DNA from: Bigelowiella natans CCMP2755
Taxonomy: Eukaryota; Protista; Cercozoa
Direction of reading: 5' to 3'
Assembly: GCA_000320545.1 (NCBI GenBank)
Contig: ADNK01000533.1
Span: forward strand, 1 to 64,000
DNA: 64,000 nucleotides
The translations under genes were made by a program, and so were the position numbers. Each line of letters opens with the position of its first letter. The stretch's first letter is position 1. The notes under the pieces were generated by a model. The model did not search any database, was not told where the DNA came from, and worked only from the letters and a program-made list of their open reading frames with translations. This document shows, in pieces, positions 53,823 to 64,000 of this stretch.

Positions 53823-54239
53823 TATATATATATATATATTCATATGTACAGCGGATACACGGATTCCACCGTTAACATATACATGCTGCTGCATGTCATC
53901 ATCGACGACGCACGATAAAAAATTATGCGATGTATTAATGTTATAATGTAGCAAATAGCTTGTGCAAATAAATTACTTACACATCTTAAGACGTGTGTGA
54001 TTATCAAAGCAATAGGCAGCATCAGTAATAAAACCCAATACCTAAGCATTAGTCTAAAATCTAAAAAAATAGCAAGTTCAGTCACTATAAGATCATGTAT
54101 ATCTAGATATGCCGACCAGTAAGGGCTATTTGATGAGGCACATGCACAGGTATATGAATTCGATCGATAGCACAATGTATTAGCGGAACGGCTTAAGCTT
54201 GCCAAATATCTTATCGTTATGATTTACAGGGCTGAGAAC

Positions 54240-55246
54240 TACTCCCTTCAAGACGCTTCGAAATTTTATGCATTGGAGCCTTCCACTGGCTATGTGGTAA
54301 ATTGATTCGATCACGGTACACAATCAAGATGTGCTTTCTATTTAGTATCAACCAGTTGAAGGAGTACATACGGTGCGGCAACAACCACCACTTAATAACT
54401 TAATGCTCATAATATCTTCGTCAGCATCCGCAAGCCGAATCATTCAAGATCTTAAGAAAGAACCAACCTATAAATATGAAATATAAATTTAAATAATGAT
54501 CATGGCGACAAGTTTCAATGGTAGACCTCATTAGATCCCCGAGAATTCTTACCCAATGATTCCTCTCTTTTATTTAATTGCATGCTGATAGCAAAAAAGT
54601 ACAATAGGCCATCATGATCAATTGCATCTCCATGTTTCGAATTTCAATTGATAGACGGGCGTCCTCAATGATTTTGCTAGTGCAGGTATTGACACAAATA
54701 GGGTGCTGCCAGCCAAACTTTGCTTGTAAATTTCAAAGGGTTTTTTCAAAAACATTTCTGGCCATATACAGTTGGCTTTCTTATCCAATAAATCTTCTTG
54801 TATTGATGATTGACACTGTGTGTTAGGTCTGGGAAATATTGGTATTTGCCTAGGGTTATGATCGATCTCTATTTTATCTCTACAATGCGACTTGTTCTCA
54901 TTCAAGGGAGGATACATCAGGCTTTGGCATAAGCTGTGACTCTGCTTGCATTGTTAAGAGAGGGGAAGAGTATTTCGAATGCTTGTTTTGGGGTACAACA
55001 CAAAATTCGTCCGCACGTTCTACTCTGCTCAGCAAAAAGCTTTAAAACTGCGAATCTCCAGAAGAGCTTTCTGAACGTATTGCTGGGGCAAGCAGTTGAA
55101 CAATTGCCGAGCAAAGCGTTAAGAATCACTCCGTGCAGGCTGCCCGGAGCTAACTGCCACGTGACTCTATTCCAGCCAGCAACACACGTACGTAGCAGTT
55201 TCGGTTTTCGAGTGGTGTTGTGCAAAAACGGGGGATGTTTCCCCAT
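54240..55246 (-). CDS. Probable small multi-exon hypothetical protein
   Basis: Short GT/AG-bounded open segments on the minus strand (MGKHPPFLHNTTRKPKLL, NTFRKLFWRFAVLKLFAEQ, KKIYWIRKPT, KIIEDARLSIEIRNME); no recognised domain. Confidence 0.4.
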
Positions 55247-56084
55247 GTCGCAAAGACACATAGGATTCGGGATTGCATCATTGGTCGCTGGCAGGATGAT
55301 TTCCGGTAATTTTCTTCAGAAACATCGCACAAACACCCTATACCAAATTATTCAGAACATCTCTCGAAGAGAGGTGCCGGGACAAACTCGCACTTTCTCG
55401 CTTGACGACAGGCGGAGAGGCTCAGGATATCGAAAATTGGAATGGTTTTCGGGATCCTCTCTCGATGGGGATGGAGGTGCATATTTTGAGATTTACAGAC
55501 CCTAGTCAAAAAATTAAAACTATGATTCGGTGGAGGTCGGCAAAAAAGTTTCCATTAATTGACTTGCGACTTCAAATTACAAGAAATCGGGAAGGAAATT
55601 ACATGTTTTTCGGTAATTAATAAGAATTTGTGGAGACTCATTGTTTTAAAAATTTTTGTACCGTAGCTTTAGCGTGCAGAAAACTGGGCAAGGATCGCTT
55701 GGATGATTTCCGTGTTATTTTACCAGGAACTGGCCAGTCGTTTCCTCTGGCATCAATTGCTGTTGTGCAAAACTAAGAGAGCGAAACTGCACATTCGCCT
55801 GTTGCAAAGGCAAACTTCACATAGATCTAGGGAATCCTGGCGAATCCTAGGGAATGACACGTTCCCCCACAACAAAAAAGACAAAAAGACACGGCGTTCA
55901 TTTCGCTACTATTTCTCGTTTTAATTCCCGAATGCTTTTAGTGCAATCGCGCTCTACGACTGAATACGGTGTAAAGTGAGTGTCACAGGTGAGAAATCGG
56001 ACCCAATTTTGGTAAATCAGACAGGAGATACCGTGAACAAACGGAGAGAAAAAGGTCCCACACCACCCCCAACCCCCCTTCGCC

Positions 56085-57068
56085 ATGCAAGCATTTCGGC
56101 ACGTCAGGCAGTTCAGCCGGCTAGCACCCAGGCAGATTAAAACTATCGTACCTCGTAGCTTCGGTCGGCGTGGCTTTGCAGCTGTAGTGCTCGGTTCTGC
56201 CGCAACTGCTGGACTGGGATTCCTGCACTTCGGGTCGTCCGTTGCACGAGCTGAGGCAGTTAAGGAGGAGCAAGCTGAAAAAGCAGAGCCCACCTTGATG
56301 GATAAATGCATTTCAGAGGTTGTGGGCACAGCTTCTCTTATTACTATTGGTTGCGGGGTCGTAGCCGCGCTCAAGTATGCTGCCTATCCTATCAGCCCAT
56401 GGGGTGTTTCTGCTGTCTGGGGCTCCACAGTCGCATTGATAGTGTATGGAACAGGAGACATCAGTGGGGCGCATATTAACCCTGCGATCACATGCTCTAT
56501 GGCGATTAATAAGCCTGATGAGTTCCCTGTCTCTCACGTGGCTCCTTACATCGCCTCCCAGATGATCGGGGCCACTGTAGCGAGTGGTGCTGTTTATGCG
56601 TTGTTCCGCGATGGAATCAAGGCTGTGGAAATCAAAGAAGGGATTAAACGAGGATCTCTAGCCTCGGCAAATACTTTTAATGGAGCATTCGGTTTGATCC
56701 CAAACGCTCAGCTATGCAAAGGGCCTCTGTCCGTCCTTGCAGTCGAAATCTGGTGCACGTCTCATCTGGCCTTCTTTGTGTTTGCTCTGACCGATGAAGA
56801 CAATTCCGTACCCTCCGCCGCTGCTCCAGCTTTAATCGGGACTACTGTTATGACTCTAGTCAATGTGTTTGGCCCCGTGACAGGATGTGGAATGAATCCT
56901 GCTCGTGATATCGGTCCACGGATTGTGACCGCTTTGACAGGATGGGGTAAAATGTCTTGGCACTCATGGATGCCATACACAGTTGGTCCTCTAATTGGAG
57001 GTACTCTGGGAGGAGCATTATACAACGTATTTGCTGGAAAGAAGAAAGTTACAAAAGCACGAGTATAA
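56085..57068 (+). CDS. Aquaglyceroporin (MIP family, GlpF-like), intronless, with a mitochondrial-type N-terminal extension
   Basis: ISGAHINPAIT and TGCGMNPARDIGPR NPA boxes; six hydrophobic segments. Confidence 0.95.
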   Translation: MQAFRHVRQFSRLAPRQIKTIVPRSFGRRGFAAVVLGSAATAGLGFLHFGSSVARAEAVKEEQAEKAEPTLMDKCISEVVGTASLITIGCGVVAALKYAAYPISPWGVSAVWGSTVALIVYGTGDISGAHINPAITCSMAINKPDEFPVSHVAPYIASQMIGATVASGAVYALFRDGIKAVEIKEGIKRGSLASANTFNGAFGLIPNAQLCKGPLSVLAVEIWCTSHLAFFVFALTDEDNSVPSAAAPALIGTTVMTLVNVFGPVTGCGMNPARDIGPRIVTALTGWGKMSWHSWMPYTVGPLIGGTLGGALYNVFAGKKKVTKARV

Positions 57069-57162
57069 CCATCCTTAGGGTATAAACGAAACATAGAAGA
57101 ATTTTGTGTCCCTGGCTTTCTCTCTCTCTCTCTCTTTCTCTATCAACACAGAAAGAATTCCT

Positions 57163-57186
57163 TATGAGACGGATGTAATGAAATGT
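57163..57186 (-). mobile_element. 3' terminal motif of LINE-like family (copy F)
   Basis: Reverse complement acatttcattacatccgtctcata is identical to 13924-13947. Confidence 0.75.
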
Positions 57187-57995
57187 ATTCTTATACATAC
57201 ATCTTCATAGTTTAATCTACTTTCAAAGACCTACTGCAGCTCATCTAATGAATAGATCTATCCTAGCTGCGGTATCATCAATTTTATGGCAAAGTACGTA
57301 CGTGCGTGCGAGCGTCGCGCAGCGCTTACCACGTGCATTTGTTCTTGCTTGATGCTACGTCGCGCATTCTCGTACCATCAGCCGTGCTTAATCTACCGCC
57401 TCCATAGCTGCTATTATAGACACGTTATATTTAAGCTTGCTTAAAATCGATCAATTATGCTACCAATTATCATTCACAGCTGCGCACGATTTGTCAGTCA
57501 ACACAAATCTAGCACGCACGCATATACATCACATCACATAAGTAATACAAACCGCGAGGCCTACTACAGTTACATAAATACGTATTAGGGCTCATAATAG
57601 CAAGTGAATTAATATCTACATAAATATGCAGGCTGCCTTGTTACGTTATGTCACATCTAGTCATACCAAATGTACAATCTATAGCATGCATATGCAGTTG
57701 ACGAACGCACAGTATCGATCGCCATCGATCTTCCTTGCGAATTAAATCGCGATCCACATATTTGTCTTTGTGTTCCGGGTGTCTCTGTGCTAGTGGTATA
57801 CTTGTGATGGCTGCGTAGCATATAGTAGACGTGCAACTCAATGTCAGCGAGCTAACAGGCAATAATTGACGATACGTGAGCATTTAGATGAATGGAGGAT
57901 TTCCACCACAGAAATGTGGATTCCCAATGGAAGTTTTAACGTAATGATACATATATCCCATCCGCACGGCGAGAAACCTTTGCATAAAATCCCTT

Positions 57996-58982
57996 CTATG
58001 ATCTGCGACCGCCTTTATTCGAGGACCTTAGATACACATCAGGAAGGAACTCTGCGTCCCCGGCAAGCGGCATTTTGTCCGGTCTTAAGAAGTGCTTAGG
58101 GACATACTCTTTCGCATGGGGAGTGTCCTTTGGAATCACCCCAAGACACGCTAAAACCTCCGCAACAGCAGCGGCCGAAGGGAAGATTGCGTCGCCGGAG
58201 CGGAGAAGTCGAACCTGGTACTGCTGGAGCTTATCCTCTGGGTTGTTGAGCTTTTCCAATTGCTCCTTGCACATTGCAAGTTCTTTTTTGGAGGCTCGGT
58301 AGTCAGCCACGTAGGTCTTTAGCCTCTTCCTCCGTATGAACTCGTTTTGGCGGCCTTGCTTTGAACTGAGATCTCCCGTAGAGGCTTTATAACTATCCCA
58401 CTTCTTCACGTCCTCCCCTAACCGAGTGATGGCGCGACCTAGATGTTCAATGCGGCCCATTACGACAACCCTCGAGTTGGTAGTAGGGTTGGTAATGACA
58501 CCAGATAAGACCCGATTCATGTTCGCACTCCACGTATACTCCGCGTCACATGCGTTGAGTTTGGCCGAAACCAGCTCGTCGACGGCGGTTATATTCTTCG
58601 GTTCGGGTTTGAAGTTGAGTCTTTTTACGACAATCTCTCGAGCGGAGGACCGAATGATAGTCTAAGGGGGTGGTGATGTCAGAAGGAAGGGTCTGTGGGT
58701 GGCAGAGAAAAACCAGAAAAACTAACAATCCAAGCTCAGTCTGCTTGGAGAAGTACAACACATTTAGGACATGGATTTCCATCTTTCAGGAAAGGATATG
58801 TAACACTTGAGTTGACCTCATCATATGGGGTTAGGCTGGGGCCCGATGGAAGTACTTGGAAAATGTAAGGATAGTCGTCTTCCTTGTCCCGAATCACCAC
58901 AGCCACGTGATCGAAGCTGTACGTTGAGGATGTACTTAAAAATGGGTTTCCACGGACAAGTGTGTTACTCAAATGGCACGCA

Positions 58983-59018
<36 letters not shown>

Positions 59019-59700
59019 AACTGAAAATTTACTTTGATCCATTGACATATTTTGCTAGAACCCTCAAGGTCCATTTCCAAGGATCCATTTCATAAATCTG
59101 GTTGGTAGATGAAACGCGAATATTTATGGTGTCACACTTCTTTGACGAGAACAATTGCCTTACATTCCTATCAAATATAAGCACATCGCCCGTCTGAAGA
59201 GATCGACTGATCTCAGCTTCCACCGAAGTATCCTCGTACTGAGATAAGCGTGTGTTGCATCAGTGAGCATGGCGAACTACCCTTCACTTTTACACCCTCA
59301 ATTTCGTCTTCCATCTCTACTCTTTGAGTTTTTCGCGTACAGTCTATCACAATATATATTTCTGAAATTCTTTCAGCACTTTCATTTCACCTCGTCCAAT
59401 GGGGAATCGTCGTAATCGTTTGGACCCGAGCTAGCTTCTGCCTTAGAGACGACGGGGGCTACGGTCCTAGCGATGTAATTCGGAATCTGGCGTGAGCCAA
59501 AATCCCTCGTATTTGGGGTTTGCTGTCCTTTTTCACAACTAGAATATCGCCCGGCACCATAGAGACAACCAGCCTACCAAAAGGCAACAATAATAACCAC
59601 ACGCATTCCGACGCCAGACTGGACTGCGGAGCCCCACCGCGGCGGATATTTCACAGACTGCGGTGTTAGAAAAGCGCAGCGCAAAGCTAAGGGATTACCC
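57996..59700 (-). CDS. Permuted papain-like NlpC/P60 (YiiX/YebB-like) protein with a coiled-coil insert; start uncertain
   Basis: LQTGDVLIF, FDHVAVVIRD, YIFQ, REIVVKRL and C-terminal IFPSAAAVAEVLACLGVIP...EYVPKHF follow the permuted order GD...H...(C)SxxVA. Confidence 0.7.
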
Positions 59701-60244
59701 CGATGATAGCTGCAGGGGCAACCCGAGACCACTTGTGGACCCTCCGCCACATCGATCGACGTATCCCTCAGAAGGAATTGTGAGCAGGGATGGTCGCCGT
59801 CCACAGAAGCAAATTCGCGGACAGATCGTAAAATCGCCCAAAAAACGACGATCCAGGTTCAACAAGATCTATCGTAGTCCTTTTTTCATCGGGGGTTTGA
59901 CCAACGCTCCTCAGCTCTTCCCCTGGTCGTACTTGGTTTTCGCGAGGATGCTTGCTGCTGCTGCTTTTTCGGGTTTTCCGTTCGAGAGAAGAACTGCGAA
60001 CTTCCTTATTCGTTTTTCCTCCGGCCGAGACAGAAGGATTCAGACACAAAACCGCCATCTGTGTCGCAGCATGGAGTTGGGAATGCAGGCCTTCTTATCT
60101 TGGAACATCCTGTCAAATCACGTCTCAATCGACAAATGGCGTTACATTTTGACTAATCCAATCCCCCCCCTAACATTAATAAAAATGAAACGAGCGACTT
60201 AACGGAAGGAAAGCGTCCCCCCAATCCCCTTCTCTGACCTTACA

Positions 60245-62059
60245 ATGTCCTGGAGCACTTATTTCAAGCGACTAAAAGAGGTTAGCGATCCTCCAGTGGA
60301 ACCCCTGGATCCATATACAGGCAATCCAAAATGTTACGTCCCTAGAGACACTCTGACGGCGAAAGAGCTTCGTGCAATGGGGAAAAGAGCTTTTTCGACC
60401 AGCTTCCACCTTCCAGACCGGGCATCGGGGATCGGCGATCACAAAAGGTTTTTGTGTTCGATTTAATATATATGAGCAAAACATTAAGTAATAACTGTGC
60501 TATGATCGCGTCTGTTTGTAGGGGAAAACTTACGTGAATCTATATTACTAATTACTGTATCCTGGTCTGCTTTATTAATTCCCCCTCCCTTCATATGTCG
60601 TACGCGCGCATGTGCTTTCAGGTTGAAAGAAATTTAGTAATACTTCTGAAATCGAACAATATTGTTAATGGAATCTGATTGACACCTATAACCAACTGTT
60701 TGGCCATGAATCTGTAGGCCAGAGCTTATAAACACCACCGAACGCCTGATCAACGAGCTAGACCCTCCGGTTGAGGAAACCAAGCGAAAATACAAGCCCT
60801 TCTACACGGCCTTTCATATTAAGAGGAATGATGACATGCGTAAATATGCCATGGAACACTACTCCCTTCGGAGCTACAGCTATCTGAAGCATTGTAGGGA
60901 CAATAAACAGAGCCAGAAGAGAAGATTAACGAAACTCAAGAAGGATTCTGAGAAGAAACGGGCTGCCGAGAAAGAAGCTGCTGAAGAGGCTATGTTTGAG
61001 GAGGCTTTGACCCAACGCCTTAAACAGCTTAAAGTTAATGCATTATTGGACACCTTCAGGAGGTCAGAAATACGAGCAAATACATGCTGATGCACAAAAA
61101 GAGGATTGCCATATTATTGGACCTGTTCCATGTATCCCGCCCCTTGTTGATTCTTTCTTAAACTCTTTGTTTGTTGATTCTCCAGATCACCTGTCCCCCG
61201 TCTTGCATGGGAAGGAACAAGAAAAGAAGAAACTATGGGAACAAGGAGAGAAGAAACTATAAAAGAAGAAGCTGTCGGTGATGATGACGATGCTACTACT
61301 GCTCCTGATGATGATGAAGCTAGTGAATCAGAAGATGATGTAAAGCCTGAGGGCGTAGCGTCAATTTTGTCCCGAATGATCGATACTGAAAACTTCACAC
61401 CAAGGTCCAAAATGTACAAAACGCCGGACGCCAACGATTTTCTCGAGGCACCACCAGTAACGCATCGCACGCAACGATCGACTCATTCTGGAAGACAAAG
61501 CGAGGCCCAAAATCCAAGGTCCGCAAGATCAGTGAGAACAAGCGACAACTTCTTTCAAACTGCGGCCCCACTGTCAAGTAGAACTCACGGCAGTAACATA
61601 GTCAGCAGTAGAACGCACGGCAGTGGTATGGTCAGTAGTAGAACGCAAGGCGGTGGTAGAGTCAGTAGACTCCGGATAACGAATATGGGATCAACCACAG
61701 GACTAAGATCCGCTAGAACGAGGAGCAGCAGTCGGGGTTACACCGGTCGCACTCCAAGAACTAGCAGGACAATTCGCACGTCTAGAACTACCATCAGCAG
61801 GGAACCGAAAGCTAGAAAATCTAGTTTAAGGCTACCCCAGTCCGCGCGCCCACTTAGACCCCAATCTGCACGACCGCTGCGACCTCAGTCTGCACGCCCA
61901 ATCCACAGAGGACCACCGATATCAGCCAGACGGCAGCAGAAATTCAAAAAGTTGCAACTTAGCCCAAGATCGAGATCTAACAGTGCGTGGTCATGTGAAA
62001 CAGCCATTGTGGAGGGTTCTGATAGCATTAATCTCAGAGAATCTGATTGGGAGCGCTAG
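60245..62059 (+). CDS. Hypothetical protein with a coiled coil and a basic S/R-rich tail carrying PQSARP repeats
   Basis: Collinear ORFs 60245-, ~60718-61035 and ~61186-62059 separated by GT-AG introns; repeats SSRTHG/SSRTQG x3 and PQSARP x3. Confidence 0.7.
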
Positions 62060-62611
62060 TGTGAAAAATGAAGTTCAATGCAACCTGCTCCATGGTGCTA
62101 AACGCAAAATCTGAGGAAGTGATTTGCAACAAACGGGTTTTTTTGGCAATTTGCAAGATCAGCAGTGTGATCCATTGCAGACATCAGTAGATCACTCCTG
62201 CATTGTGAATGATGGAGTGCAAGACACGCAGCATCAGGTGACGTGATGACGGAGCCCATGTTGTTCACAAATGCATGTGCATTAGATGTGTCAATATCAC
62301 AATTTTAACAAGCTAGCAAGGGCATTCAATGTTGCGCACTCTCGCGGGCACTCATCAACTTGTGCAACTAGTTTGTGAGTGCTTTTAGCAACTTTTATTT
62401 TTCACACGTATTTATACATTCTTCGCAGCGTTGATGAACGCGTGCGTAGATGATGACTGCAACATAACAATATGCGTGACTAGATGATCACATTGAGCAT
62501 GCGTCCAACGTGTTGCTTCGATATCCACCAGCCACGCATGATCCATAAATCATGCTATACAATCTACAACTTAATTTATTCTTCTACATCGTATCTCATA
62601 TGACAAGCAAG

Positions 62612-64000
62612 CTAGGATGCACGAATTTTGAGCACATGTGCGCGGAAAAAGCGGCTGGTAGCAAATCGTCTAGCAACAGACACAATATGTCTAGACCTTG
62701 TGAGTATTGATGCGACAAATGCCACTGGTAGGGCGATAAAGTAGAGGTAAAATGGAGCAAGAGCCTTCTGATGAGCCTCAGAAACGACATGATCGATGAC
62801 TTCCTCGGCACCTTTTTGAATCAACTTCTGCGAACGGCCCATCAGATACATCTTACGACCTTCGATAAGATTTAAATATTCTGTGGGCCCACCCTCAATG
62901 GCGCTCGTAGCTGCAAAAGTGGCCTTCGCGAGTTGTACATGTGCCTTGACATCGATACGAGGCTCCATGCGAAGGGGAGAAAACTCAAGAAAAAATCCCA
63001 GACCAGAAGTTTTGGCGTTCTTCATGTGCTGTACTGTCTCGTTAGCAAAGGAGCAAGCATCTGCTAATATCTCCCAGCCCTGATGGCACTGTTCTAGAAG
63101 CGCATCGTATTCCAGATCGCTGTCCCCTTCAACATCGTGGAAACGTGCGAGTTCGTATGCAGCCACTCGATTCTCCCAAGCCTGTGTTCCTGGAACAACG
63201 TGTGATCCCGCAACAAACATCGTAGCCTCGAATCTTTTAACAACTGAACAGGGCCCGTCGACAAAGATGTGGAACTCGGGGCGCATGCGATGCCTTTTTA
63301 CCTTGTTCGGAGAAAAGTAGGCTTTGATTTGGCCATTGAGGTGAATGATTGGCGCAACTTTCCCGGTGGCCTTGTTTCTCCATACAAGACTGAAATTGCC
63401 ATACGGTGCTGTCTTCTCAGATTCCTGGTCTTTTTTCTTCTCTGCCGCGTAAAGAACGTTCCAGTTTCTACGATGAGGTCCGTGCGCGTAGAGAAACATG
63501 TCTCCCCAGGGGTGGTGTTCGGAGTAATCATCATGCGTCGCAATACTCGTAAATATGTGGCTGCAAGTATCAATTCCTATACCAAATTTCTGGGAAAGAT
63601 AGGCCTGCATAAAGAATCCTTGGTCGCTTCCAGGATAGCGCTCTATGAACCAGGTCGGTGCATTTTGGATCGCTTCAAGAATCTCTAGGACAGCGTCTGC
63701 ATATCCCACGAAGGCGCCTGAATTTAGCCACCTAGGCGATCCAGGCCTCCCTGGAGTGTCTGCAAACAGTTTTCCACATATGTGATAGCCATTAAAACGA
63801 CCTTCCGCCTTGTGAGGGATGCTATGAGTGTTGTCGCCGAGCATCATGTGAAGAGGAAAGTAGCTGTACGGGTAGCAGTTGCCTTCTGCGTTGAATAAAA
63901 CCTTCACTCCGCTTCTCAGGAACCCATTAATTATAAAATCAGAGCTAGCTTGTACTATTACATCCCTTGAATCTGTGAATAACAACAGGGTATTCTTTCT
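62612..64000 (-). CDS. PLOD/procollagen-type glycosyltransferase domain protein with a C-terminal TM helix (5' end outside window)
   Basis: LFTDSRDV, VLFNAEGNCYP, WLNSGAFVGYA, DQGFF, IDTCSHIF and PIIHLNG are the PLOD N-terminal GT motifs; TM segment FYLYFIALPVAFVASIL. Confidence 0.85.
   Translation of the reverse strand, partial: RKNTLLLFTDSRDVIVQASSDFIINGFLRSGVKVLFNAEGNCYPYSYFPLHMMLGDNTHSIPHKAEGRFNGYHICGKLFADTPGRPGSPRWLNSGAFVGYADAVLEILEAIQNAPTWFIERYPGSDQGFFMQAYLSQKFGIGIDTCSHIFTSIATHDDYSEHHPWGDMFLYAHGPHRRNWNVLYAAEKKKDQESEKTAPYGNFSLVWRNKATGKVAPIIHLNGQIKAYFSPNKVKRHRMRPEFHIFVDGPCSVVKRFEATMFVAGSHVVPGTQAWENRVAAYELARFHDVEGDSDLEYDALLEQCHQGWEILADACSFANETVQHMKNAKTSGLGFFLEFSPLRMEPRIDVKAHVQLAKATFAATSAIEGGPTEYLNLIEGRKMYLMGRSQKLIQKGAEEVIDHVVSEAHQKALAPFYLYFIALPVAFVASILTRSRHIVSVARRFATSRFFRAHVLKIRAS

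Noticed and set aside
55827-55856. ctagggaat x2 resembling a TCTAGGG telomeric unit
   Set aside because: Only two non-tandem partial copies
1-64000. tRNA, rRNA, CRISPR arrays, introner-like repeated introns
   Set aside because: None recognised by eye; introns share SSR types but no common unique sequence. tRNAscan and Infernal were not run

Overview
This is gene-dense, intron-rich eukaryotic nuclear DNA with GT-AG introns, many filled with microsatellites. Bipartite signal-plus-transit-like leaders on a cytosolic-type ProRS and on an aspartic protease suggest an alga with a complex plastid, most plausibly a chlorarachniophyte (inference only). About 15 protein genes alternate strand strictly: hypothetical(-), TLC-domain(+), OTUD6/OTU2(-), MARCH6/Doa10(+), APT/carboxylesterase-like(-), giant SPRY-SPRY-Clu-RCC1(+), retropepsin-like protease(-), GGC1(+), four-domain voltage-gated channel(-), ProRS(+), hypothetical(-), aquaglyceroporin(+), permuted NlpC/P60-like(-), hypothetical(+), PLOD-type glycosyltransferase(-). 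The highlights are: (1) a Nav/Cav-type 4x6TM channel with an unusual S-D-S-D selectivity ring and an IFM-like linker; (2) a LINE-like family ending in ...CATTACATCCGTCTCA|TA with no poly(A), found six times and only in tail-to-tail spacers; (3) a targeting leader ending in the ubiquitin-like RLRGG; (4) an intronless aquaglyceroporin with a mitochondrial-type presequence; (5) two apparent pseudoenzymes. Exon boundaries were read by eye and are approximate.
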